Assembly: GCA_002269645.1 (NCBI GenBank)
Contig: NIVC01000543.1
Location: forward strand, 248,001 to 312,000
Length of the DNA: 64,000 nucleotides
Origin: Macrostomum lignano
Taxonomy: Eukaryota
Direction: 5' to 3'
The notes under the pieces: model-generated
Database searches by the model: none
What the model saw: the letters and a program-made list of their open reading frames with translations, nothing else
What the model was told of the DNA's origin: nothing
In this document: piece after piece, positions 12,155 to 26,600 of the stretch
How positions within the stretch are numbered: the first letter of the stretch is position 1
How the letters are laid out: each line of letters begins with the position of its first letter
Translations under genes and position numbers: made by a program

Positions 12155-12925
12155 TGGCGCATCTGACTGTCTATGCCCTCAGCCTATCCCATCTGCTGCA
12201 CCTGACACTGTCTATGGCCTTAGCCTATCCCATCTGCTGCACCTGACTCTGTCTATGGCCTCAGCCTATCCCATCTGCAGCACCTGACACTGTCTATGGC
12301 TTCAGCCTATCCCATCTGCTGCACCTGACACTGTCTATGGCCTCAGCCTATCCCATCTGCTGCACCTGACACTGTCTATGGCCTCAGCCTATCCCATCTG
12401 CTAAGGGGGCCGTAGCCCAGCGGTAGCGCAGCTGCTCTGGTGTGCCAGCGACCCAGGCTCGATTCCAAGTGCAGTCACATTAATTTGGGGCTGAATTGGA
12501 ATCTCGGCTTGGCTCTGCTCGTGCAATTAACGGCCTTGAGAGCCAACCCCCCAAGGCGCAGTGAAGTGTACATGCCTAACGATAATATAAAGTTAGGGCC
12601 GCTGTACACTCCTGTGTGAGTGTGTGCCTGCGTACGTATCCGCGCGCTTGTGTGCCTGCTCAGGGGAGTCGGCGGAATGGGCAGTAATGCCTCTCGCCGG
12701 TTGTGTGCCTATGTCGCTTAAAGTGCGCCACGGTGCACACAACCCCCTGTCTCTAATAAAAAAAAAATAAATCCCATCTGCTGCACCTGACACTGTCTAT
12801 GGCCTCAGCCTATCCCATCTGCTGCACCTGACACTGTCTATGGCCTCAGCCTATCCCATCTGCTGCAACTGACACTGTCTATGGCCTCAGCCTATCCCAT
12901 CTGCTGCACCTGACTCTGTCTATCT
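12155..12925. repeat. 41-bp minisatellite (CTGACACTGTCTATGGCCTCAGCCTATCCCATCTGCTGCAC) split in two by a SINE
   Basis: Period 41 (12311 to 12352); copies at ~12155..12402 and ~12771..12925. Confidence 0.92.
12403..12770 (+). mobile_element. tRNA-derived SINE (~370 bp) with A-rich tail and 12-bp target-site duplication
   Basis: Pol III A box TAGCCCAGCGG (12413..12423) and B-box-like GGCTCGATTCC (12456..12466); tail AATAAAAAAAAAATAA; TSD ATCCCATCTGCT at 12391..12402 and 12771..12782. Confidence 0.88.
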
Positions 12926-14496
12926 CGTATACACGGTCTGTACACGAATAATCATGTAGACACATAGCAGAAGTGGAAATATTGAAGGAAACGATTGGAA
13001 AGGAGAATAGTAGGATAAGTTTTAGAAATCCGATAATTAAAGTAATTTTGAATCCAATATATTTTTATGCATGAGATTCTCGTAAACGAATGCTACCATT
13101 TCCTACTGTGCTCTCAATAACTAAATTGATTCTATTGACAGTAGCAAAGGCAGCATCGGTAAGCCGAAATTACAGTCCATATTATGAAAGCATTTTATCA
13201 GTAGCTCAACTTTCGCGTCCCGTGCTAGCAAGTAAATTGCATTACACAGAGTCGCTGCTGCGGCAATTTTCTCCGCTTTGCTAAGTAATTATTTCAATTT
13301 TCTCTGCGTCAAAATCACAGGGCAGCCGGGTCAGCGATTTCAGCAAACATTTGGCAAATTTTATGAGCGAATTCGGCAGCCAAAATTTGCGCGATAAAAT
13401 CTCTTGAAAATGGCCGGGCAATACCGAGCGAACAGCAATTGTGACGAGCTCGGCATCCGGGGACGCGGCTCCCGGAACCCTGGATCGTGATGGGAAAATG
13501 ACTGCAAGACCAAATAGCTGTTTGCGCTCGCTGATTTCGCGAAGAGGCCGCTGCTGATGTGGGACTAATTTGGTGTCAATATTTGAGCAGAAATTAAATT
13601 CTAATTGCCTCACAGCATGGGAGGCCGCGGCTCGCAGATTGCCGCCTTCCTCTCCAACTCTCCCCTTTCTCCGCTCGCCAGCTGCGGGTGAGAGCGGCGG
13701 CTGAAGCAAACAGATGAAGGCACTTAAAGACAAGTGCCGCTCCCGGGGCTGTGCGAGTTCGAGATTTTCTGTGCTGGCGGGCTGGGCGCATAAGTCGCTG
13801 GACTGCCCTCAGCTGCTTCACCAAAAGACGATGATGAGGCTGGCAGGGATGCTGAGCTGCTCTCCTTTCGCCCAGCCGGACGCGGAGAAGTGGGGCCGGA
13901 AAACTCGCACATGGAGCTAATTAATTTAGCATTCCTGTTCGGCCAGGCCGCTGGAGTGGCCGCTGCAGCCTCTCAAACTGATGTTTGATTATTGATAATT
14001 GCTGCTGGGCGGGCCCGGACGCCCTCGGCCGCCTTCTAATCAAGTGAGGCGAATCCCAAATTATTAACCCGCTGGCGATGCCAATTTTCTGTCATTTTGT
14101 CTTCGGAGTTCGCTGAGCCTTCATTCTTCCAGAGTTGTTTCTCAGCGCCCTTGCTGCCTTTCTCCTCCCCCAGTATTTTTCTCGCAATCAATTTCTTTAT
14201 TAATTGTCCGCTGCTTTGATACGGTGAGCATCGGGCTCAGCTTGTGCCTCTCTTAAAGCTCTCTTTAGCTTGATTTCGTTTGGCATGGAGCTTGGATCTT
14301 TAAGCATGCGCTTATCTGTAAGAGCTTTTTTACTTTGAAATTCTATTTTGACAGAGGTTGTAATGAGCAGCTATTTTTTCTTGGCGATCGATTAGCCCTG
14401 GCAAAGAAACTATCTGCCTTCTTTGCGCCAGTAATGACCACCATCGCTTTAATGAATTCGTTTTAGCGGTGAACCTGCACTGGAATTGATTCCCCA

Positions 14497-16366
14497 TGGC
14501 TGCCACAAGACTGTGCTAGTTAGAGGTGCACCCACAAGACTGTGCTACTTAGAGGTGCTGCCACAAGACTGTGCTAGTTGGAGGTGCACCCACAAGACTG
14601 TGCTAGTTGGAGGTGCACCCACAAGACTGTGCTAGTTGGAGGTGCACCCACAAGACTGTGCTAGTTGGAGGTGCACCCACAAGACTGTGCTACTTAGAGG
14701 TGCTGCCACAAGACTGTGCTAGTTGGAGGTGCACCCACAAGACTGTGCTAGTTGGAGGTGCACCCACAAGACTGTGCTAGTTGGAGGTGCACCCACAAGA
14801 CTGTGCTACTTAGAGGTGCTGCCACAAGACTGTGCTAGTTGGAGGTGCTGCCACAAGACTGTGCTAGTTGGAGGTGCACCCACAAGACTGTGCTAGTTGG
14901 AGGTGCACCCACAAGACTGTGCTAGTTAGAGGTGCACCCACAAGACTGTGCTAGTTGGAGGTGCACCCACAAGACTGTGCTACTTAGAGGTGCTGCCACA
15001 AGACTGTGCTAGTTGGAGGTGCACCCACAAGACTGTGCTAGTTGGAGGTGCACCCACAAGACTGTGCTAGTTGGAGGTGCTGCCACAAGACTGTGCTAGT
15101 TGGAGGTGCACCCACAAGACTGTGCTACTTAGAGGCGCTGCCACAAGACTGTGCTAGTTGGAGGTGCACCCACAAGACTGTGCTAGTTGGAGGTGCACCC
15201 ACAAGACTGTGCTAGTTAGAGGTGCTGCCACAAGACTGTGCTAGTTGGAGGTGCACCCACAAGACTGTGCTAGTTGGAGGTGCACCCACAAGACTGTGCT
15301 AGTTGGAGGTGCACCCACAAGACTGTGCTAGTTGGAGGTGCACCCACAAGACTGTGCTACTTAGAGGTGCTGCCACAAGACTGTGCTAGTTGGAGGTGCA
15401 CCCACAAGACTGTGCTAGTTGGAGGTGCACCCACAAGACTGTGCTAGTTGGAGGTGCACCCACAAGACTGTGCTAGTTGGAGGTGCACCCACAAGACTGT
15501 GCTACTTAGAGGTGCTGCCACAAGACTGTGCTAGTTGGAGGTGCACCCACAAGACTGTGCTAGTTGGAGGTGCACCCACAAGACTGTGCTAGTTAGAGGT
15601 GCACCCACAAGACTGTGCTAGTTGGAGGTGCACCCACAAGACTGTGCTACTTAGAGGTGCTGCCACAAGACTGTGCTAGTTGGAGGTGCACCCACAAGAC
15701 TGTGCTAGTTGGAGGTGCACCCACAAGACTGTGCTAGTTGGAGGTGCTGCCACAAGACTGTGCTAGTTGGAGGTGCACCCACAAGACTGTGCTACTTAGA
15801 GGCGCTGCCACAAGACTGTGCTAGTTGGAGGTGCACCCACAAGACTGTGCTAGTTGGAGGTGCACCCACAAGACTGTGCTAGTTAGAGGTGCTGCCACAA
15901 GACTGTGCTAGTTGGAGGTGCACCCACAAGACTGTGCTAGTTGGAGGTGCACCCACAAGACTGTGCTAGTTGGAGGTGCACCCACAAGACTGTGCTAGTT
16001 GGAGGTGCACCCACAAGACTGTGCTACTTAGAGGTGCTGCCACAAGACTGTGCTAGTTGGAGGTGCTGCCACAAGACTGTGCTAGTTGGAGGTGCACCCA
16101 CAAGACTGTGCTAGTTGGAGGTGCACCCACAAGACTGTGCTAGTTGGAGGTGCACCCACAAGACTGTGCTAGTTGGAGGTGCACCCACAAGACTGTGCTA
16201 GTTAGAGGTGCTGCCACAAGACTGTGCTAGTTGGAGGTGCACCCACAAGACTGTGCTAGTTTGAGGTGCACCCACAAGACTGTGCTAGTTAGAGGTGCAG
16301 CCACAAGACTGTGCTAGTTTGAGGTGCAGCCACAAGACTGTGCTAGTTGGAGTTGCTGCCACAAGT
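14497..16366. repeat. 29-bp minisatellite, ~64 copies (CCCACAAGACTGTGCTAGTTGGAGGTGCA) with variant units
   Basis: Period 29 (14581 to 14610); variants TACTTAG, TAGTTAG and GCTGCC. Confidence 0.97.
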
Positions 16367-17424
16367 TCAGCCATTGTCCCTGAAATTTTACCTGACTGGC
16401 AAGACTGGCAAGCAGGCAAACTTCTAGAGAAATTTCAGTTGCCCAGGAGTTACAATTTCTCTGGGCGGATTTTTCACGAACAAATTTTGGATGGCGAGAC
16501 TCAGAATCAGTTCAGTCAAAAAGCAAGTGTTTGCAAAATCTGTTCATAAAACACAGCTGCATTCCGAGCTGCTCTCCAATAATAGCTGGAGTGGAAGCTG
16601 AGATATTGTGAATTTTTAGCTAAAAATGGAAAATGCCGATCTCGCTGATGCACCTTGCAGCTTAACTCGGCCTTCAGCGAAATTTGCACAAATTTGCCAG
16701 TGTGGTGTATTTCTGCTTCAGCTGAGGAGATCCTGCCTTCTGAAGCTGAAAGCTGTTGCTTTGCTTCTGCTTTAGCTCCCAGCCTCATTGCCAGACTCAG
16801 CATGAAAAAAGAAGCAAAACAAAAGCGAGGTAACTGCGGTAACCGAGGTAACTCAGTGGCGTGGGCCGATACCGCCAGCTTTAATTGGTCCGGGCCATCA
16901 GCGAAAATGACGTTGTGGAGCCAACTGATTTAATTGAATCACGCAGTAAAAGGGAATTTGGGGGTTTCAACTGGGGCAGCCAACGACTTCGGCTTGCATT
17001 TTCCATAGTTAAAAAGATTTTTCGGTGTATCATCAAAAACAGCTACTGGTAGAAGGTCAAGAGCCGATGAATCGCAAATAAAAGCATGAAGCTGGAGTAT
17101 AAAAAACTGGAGCTCTCAGTCTAAACGATTTCTGCGAGCGGCGGCACTGGCAGCGGAAAACTGATTGGATTAAAACAAAACAATGTCGCTTCTGGTTGCG
17201 CCTCCGAGCTTGAAAGTCAGCTACGATGTTATTAACTACTGCGAATTATCGAGTGCCCGTGTAATCAGCGAATAATTAACATGGGGGTGCGGTAAATGCT
17301 GAGCTGCCCTATGGAGGGAAAACAGCTCAGCTACACAAGCGTAGGAACGAACTCAAAAAGGTTTCTTCAACTACGAGTACCGAGAAACCAAAGCATCGTT
17401 AAGAGTTACCGAAGGGCTGCGCTC

Positions 17425-19877
<2,453 letters not shown>

Positions 19878-22800
19878 TTAAGACGCGCTGAGCTCCCCGT
19901 CGGGAGGATATTTGGTCGTGGGGTGAAAGCCGGGACTGACTGTTGAAGGATTTGGATTGAGGATTTGTGATTAGAGACAGGATGCTGGGTCTAATTGTTC
20001 TTCCTGGGGCCACCCAGACGAGATGAAGTTGGGGTGGGGATCGCAGGCAGCAGCCCTAGCTTATAGACTAAGCGAGCTATTCCACGTACTTCCAGGTGGG
20101 AACAATGCACGGCGAAGTCTGGAGCCTCCTTTCGCATCGCCGGCCAAAACACGAGGGCCACCAGGCGGAGCTCAGGGAAGTGAGAAAGCTGTCTCAATCC
20201 AATATTTTTCTCATTGTGAATCCAATAAACCAACTGTGAGTGGCGCTCGAGAGGCCTTTCAGGGACCCCGGGGACAGTGAGAAATTTAATCAACTCGCAG
20301 CAGGGCGAATTTAATGGAGTTTCTGTTGAGGAATTCCGAGACTGACAGCAAGCCAGCCAATCCTTCTTGACCCTCCCCCACCAATTTCCCATTTTTCCAT
20401 TGTTTGAGTAAGCAGTTGAGCTCATTTCCTGCAGGTAATGAACAGCAGAGCGAGTCTCAGAGATTCTGCATGCCTGAAACCGTTGTGGCACCGATTTGAA
20501 GAAATTTTCAAACTTGCTATTTGTAGTGACTGGCTGCCTTGAGCAAAAACTCAACTCGATAGGCTGAATCGCATGCGAGTAATTCAATTGTCAGCCAACT
20601 TGTCAATTTAAATGGCACTGAGAGAATTCCTCACTGGAGGAGCACAGCGCAACTCCCAGGAACAGCTGTATGGCTGCTTTTGACGTTCTCTGCGGCAGTA
20701 GGGCTTGATATTATGATATACGGTGGCCCCGGCTTCAGACAGACAACTGAAGACGCTGAGACGGCACAGAGGCATAGCAGATCGACGTTTGAGAACTCAG
20801 AAGCAGCCACTGGCTGGGATATTGAGCTGCTAGCCATGAATTAGGGAGCAGTGGCAGTCGATGCCAGTGTGGCTACTGCAGAGGCAGCATTAATCAATTG
20901 ATCACCGAGTGTTTCTTAATAGAGAAACCCAAAGCGGTTATTTGACTGAATAAATTCCTCTACTCTTCCCGATTACATTTGAAAGCGATTTCTTTGTAGA
21001 AAAAAAGAAGCAATTGCCGATTACAAAGTAGTTCTGAAACTTCTTGGTGAACATTCTCTGTAGCCCAGATCTGAAGGCGGATAGGCACATTCTGTGTCAA
21101 AAATCTTTTATAGAATCTCGTTAGTGCAGATCTCAACTATAGACATCCATGTTGTCTTATACTCTTGAATGCTGCATACGAATGTTGGAAACTGCAATTA
21201 TACTCGCATGTTGGTTAGAGTTGACACACACACACACACTCATGTACATAAATTTCACATTCACTTGAGCGGGTAAATGCGTCAATAAAACCAGATGATC
21301 AGGCCAAAAAACAGCTTATAAAGAAAGTTTGAATTGCTCTTACCATTGTCTCCAGGCTCGTTGAGATTCAGTAGAGCCTCGATCCGGTACGAGTTCGCCT
21401 TACTCAGAGCAGCCATCTTTCAGCGCAAACAGGACAGAAGAGCGACAGGGGCACTCAGGTCGAGCCAAGCCCCGAATTTTACTCCTATGGCTCCGAGTTT
21501 CGATGGCGCGCCCCGGTCGGCTTTTATTCCGTTCCCAATCACAGAAATGAGGGCAGCAGATGCCAATTGGAACAAGCTTAGCGCACCGATCTCATCTGCA
21601 ATGACGCCTGCTCGAAGAAGCTCTAGACATTAGACTTGCTGTCGCACACTGCTGCTTCACTGCCATTGGCTGCTTTGCCCCGTGCTGTGCTCGCCAGCTC
21701 ACTGGCCATTCGCTGCTGACATTAAACTTTTACAGGGGCGGACAAGCGCGCAAATGAGGATCCCGTGTCTGGAATTGAGTCAGGCGGCTCAATGCAAACA
21801 CAAGGCTTCTCTGGGTCTGGGCCCGGCTGCCCGATCCTTCGACTTCCGACAGCCCATGCAAGCCGACCTTGCTCGGCTATGGCCCTTAATTGCGGATCGG
21901 GTCTACCTGGGAGACTCCCAGGCCATGATTCTCGGAGTGGATTATTGGGGGCAAACTTCCTGAAAACAGGAGTCTCTCATCTTGGTACAAAATAGTATTA
22001 ATCCCGTCTGGTGAAATGGCAAATAACTGCCTCTGCACTGTGGGTCAAGTTTGCTTTAACTGTCCGATAGATATGCTATTTGCGATCACAAAGCAAGGAC
22101 TTAATAGTGAGTCTTAAGTCGACTCCTTATTATTCGATATATTTTTTATATCGGTGTGAGCAAGAAAATTAGCGCGAGGAACTCCTCACTGGCATGCGCC
22201 CTGCCTTTATTACAAATAACTGTGTGGTTGCACAACGTACCCATAGACATGCATGATCTATGGTGCAGAGCATGCATGCAAAATCAAATACAAGTATAAG
22301 TACATTACAATATAACGGGCTCCCAAAAAAAGGTAACACTTTGTGCGCTCACTGTGAGTGAGCAGTTAGGCCTATAGCACAGTAATTTAACAGGTCCACA
22401 GTAAACATTTGTAAGTTTTTCCCACAAACATTTGGTTGCGAAAAATTGCTCCAGAGGCGAGTTATTGAGCACAGAAGTGTACGCTAGCTTTTCTGCCAAG
22501 CTTTGCCATACACAGCTGCCATAATTGTATTTACATTGATACTACACACTTGATTAAATTTTAATTCGTAATTGTAATTTTGAAGTTTTAACAATAACCA
22601 AACTTAGAATTTGAGTCTGTACATGTATTTTGGATGAGGACGAAATCTTGACAAGCCGCTGAAAAAATAGAGCGCTGCTTAATGGACAGTTACATGTACA
22701 TGTATGCTTCCGCACGAAATGGACTTCCGCGCACTTGAAAATATCAGATGTGATATTAAAAATATACGGGATTAGGAACTAAAGAAACGATAATTAAAGA

Positions 22801-23073
22801 AAATAGTTTTTCTTTGATTGATACAGTACTTAAATTTAGCAGAAAGCCAAATGAACGGATTCTAAATACATGTACATGTACAGTATAGTGTACCAGCGAT
22901 TTTTTAACTTCAAATGCCTGCTGCGTTCCTTACTCAGGACTCTAAGTATGGTGTGGTAAGGCCAGTTTACATTTTTGCAAGTAGGTCAAATTAAGCTTCG
23001 CACCATGGCGCTGTTTGATGAACAACAACATGCAGATATGGATCATTGTATATGTTTGCGATACTTTGGGTTT

Positions 23074-23213
23074 CAGGCGTGTAGCCGGGATTCACATCAG
23101 GGGGACAGATTACATTAATCCATCTCCGATGTTAGCGATGGAAGCAAAATACAAAGGCAGTAAAACATTTTCCGAGTCCCCGGTGTCCCCCCCTCAGGCT
23201 ATACGCAGCTCTG
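23074..23213. mobile_element. Degenerate MITE-like element
   Basis: Imperfect terminal inverted repeats CAGGCGTGTAGCC ... GGCTATACGCAGCTCTG with a C-run inside the right end; no clear TSD. Confidence 0.3.
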
Positions 23214-23634
23214 TTTTGAGTTCTAAAGCAAAATTAATGCTTAATATTAATGTCGCATAATTCTGAAACCAACAGTAAATAAATATGAAATTGAATAAAT
23301 AATTTTTAAGATTATGTCACTATACGCGAAATTTTATTCAACGGATCATGCGATTAGAATCAATGAAAATCCGTTGGACCATACGGTACTTTATTCTATA
23401 ACTCGCAATTGAAAATAAAACAAAACCATGAAATATACCATCCATAATATAATATTCTTCGCGATAATACTAAAAAAACTTACGTTTTTAAACAATCTTT
23501 TTTTGATTTTTGCTCTAAAACATATTTTTGTATGAAAAGCTACAATCTCGATAGAGATGACATTTGCTCGAATTCGATTGCACGTTACTATCGTATTTTT
23601 TGCTTGACTATGATTACTGCTTAAGTTGAGCATC

Positions 23635-26600
23635 ATGGCTGTTGCACTTCATTCAGGTATGTATGTAGAGCTTTTTATAGTTTAAAATTTAGCATTTTTA
23701 GTTTCATTTTAGTTCTAATGCTAATATGTTGCTTTCTCTGCTAGAAACAAAAAGGCAATGGAGTCGTGACTTAACTATTTAACAAAAAATTTTAGGGATT
23801 CTACTTTTAGGGAATCTAATTTAGTTATTCAGGTAAATGCCGTGTAAACTTACAATAATTCTGAGTTGTGTAGTTTGATAATGAATACAAATGCTTGAAT
23901 TTTTTCCATGTAACAAAAAAATTATAAATTAAGTTTTGATTATAGGTAGAGATAATCAAATCATGTTGTACTTTCAGAAAATTATGAATAAATTACACTT
24001 GCTGTAAAATGTTACCTAACAAATAAAGCAACTGGTCATACATGCTATGTTGCCTCATTTATTTTTTTCTATAAATTTTATGAAACAACATTTTGTATTT
24101 TTTGCTATGCTGTTTTCAATTAAGAAACATATTGCTATAAAATAGTTACTTTGTATTCTAATGAGCTCCACTAATATATTTTCTATCAGGCTGTCATTAA
24201 GTTGATAAATCTATTTAAACATGGCGCCTTTTGTAAGTCTACGCGTGTCAATTTCTATATTTTGACCTATTACTCGTATATTTGCATTATTTGATAATAT
24301 CTGACAATATGGTTGATAGTTATATGCTTGTATTTTTAAATACATGTATATGTTCTATCCAAATAACTTAAAAAAACTATTGAATTGGAAGCAAACAGAA
24401 GTTAAGGGGCAGAATTTTTTATCCATTATTAGCTTTTCCATACCTAAATTAATGCACAGTTCCTTGCTGACAAGCGTGTAATATATAGTGTTTGTTTATG
24501 TGCGGCCCTAATAATAGATGAGATCTATTATTATCTATTAGATTATCTATCAAGATCTATCTATTATTTTGAAATAAAAAACAGCCAAAAGCATTGGTTA
24601 CTCTTTTTGACATTGCAAACTAGCTAATGTTGAGTGTTCATTTCCCTTTACCAGTTACAGAAAGCCCGCGTATGTCAGCCGCAGTCCTGAAGCCGCTGGC
24701 CAGCGTCCCGGGCAAGGGCGGTGCTGCTTCAAATGGCAAGGTGACCAGCCAACAGAAGTTGACCACTGCCCGCCGGGTCATTTTCGGCATCGAAGTCGAG
24801 CAAGAAATTGTCTTTCGCGGCTGGGAGCTGGGCAAGAGCTACACCCGGAAAGTCACGCTTAAAAATGTCATCTTCCAAGGCCAAAAATTGCACTTTCAGG
24901 CGCCGACTAGCGAGGCCTTCACCACCTTGTACCCCAAGCTAATCACATTGAGCCCCGGTACTTCCTTTGTCATTCCCGTCACTTTCAAACCTGTGGAGCG
25001 CCAAGTCTACGATGACGCACTCGTGTTCCAAACTACGGTGAGATTTCGAATAAAATATACAGAAGTTTGAGAATTGCTGCGTGAAGAAGGGCCTGCAATT
25101 GATGCAGATTTTGCTTGGCAGATGTTGTAGAGAAAGTTTGTCGCTGAGATGAAAGTTTAGATAAAAATGTTTTTAAATAGTCCAAACAAATAGTAACTCG
25201 CGTTAGAATCTGTCAAGGACTAATCAGCTTTGTTTCTGGATCCCTAACTCACAGGATGGGGGCACATTTGAAGTGCCGCTGCGCGGCCTACTGCCCGAGT
25301 TTCGGCTATCTCTTCCGGAGTCTCTGCATCTGGGAGTCGGGGCCACTCACGACAGGATCAGCAGCTGCTTCGAAGTCGTTAATGAGAGGTGAGGCAAGCA
25401 TTCTGCGTAATTTTTCACAGTTAAGTGACTACTTGATAAAAGTACCGGTAGTTAAATTTCTAGCATACTAAATACATAGTTAATTACTTACTAGAAGTAC
25501 CTATAGCATAAACTACAAAAGATATAGCAGCATGTGGTGTGGTATACTAGTGTGCAGATAATGCCCCTAACTTTCAGCGAGCTAGAGACGCCATTTTATT
25601 GGAAATTCGAGCCGCCCTTCGACATTCAGTCAAGCAAGGGGGTTATCGCTCCATTCAAGAAGCAGCAAGTGACAGCCACATTCGTGCCTGATGTAAGTAA
25701 CCTTCACAGTTGTCCGTCGGTTCTGTCTGCAGCGAATAAAAGATTTTATAATTCGTTTTTCAACTGAAAATAAAATGAAATGTTTAACTCTGAACATTTA
25801 GGATGCTAAGCGGTACATCCTGGACTCGATTCTGCTTTATGGAGACAAATACCAGCATTCCGCCAAGCTCAGGCTCGAGGGCGTCTCCAAGTACCCGCAG
25901 GTTATGTTCTACATCAACGGCTGCGCCTTGGAAGAGGTCACCTCGGCAGACGGCAACCTCATCGTGGACTTCGGCAAGGTGGCTTTTGGCGACTCAAGAG
26001 ACCGCATGATTGAGCTGCGAAACCCGACCACTGTGAGTTACAGACAGTACACTGAGACTTCTAGGCTTGGGAATCGAGATAAAGATATTGATAAAAGCTT
26101 TCCCCGTGATGTAACACTGTCCACCATGACACACTAGTTTGAATAGGTAAATAAAAAAGTGTACTCGTACTTTATTAACGCTGGTCTGAGTACTTTAAGC
26201 CGGCAAGACGACACGGGAATCTGATAGAAAGCTGAAATTACATCTTGCAGGTTGGTGCCACAGTCGAAGTGAGTCGCATGGACAAAACACATCCAATCGA
26301 CTGGGTGTTTGAGTGCCCCATCAAGAAAAGACCGATTCCAGGCAAAAAAGTTCTACACGTAACGGTAAGAAAAAGTTTGCGAATGATTGTTATTATAGTG
26401 TCCACCCTTTCCGTCATGTAGCCTGGAGAATAGGGTTCAGGCAGGGACTCGTGTAATGGGAGATGGACTGCAGGGGGCTGGATTGAAGCTGGCGCCGCCA
26501 CAGGCCTCTGTTCACAGATCATAGCCCGAGTGAATGGAATTTTAAGATAGCGTTCGGGCCTGTGAGTTTTATACAGACTTATCTGGCTACTAAGGTGCCT

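Noticed and set aside
12405-12476. tRNA gene
   Set aside because: The acceptor and anticodon stems do not close properly, and the sequence continues into a SINE body with an A tail and TSD.
14497-16366. CRISPR-like regular repeats of 29-46 bp
   Set aside because: Units are head-to-tail with no unique spacers, there are no cas genes, and the context is eukaryotic.
20631-20837. Candidate first exon of arx
   Set aside because: The ATG-initiated frame does not give a phase-compatible join to the homeobox exon that I could justify, so it is left unresolved.
22311-22345. Mariner-like terminal repeat (TATAACGGGCTCCCAAAAAAAGGTAACAC)
   Set aside because: I found no matching inverted end or transposase nearby.
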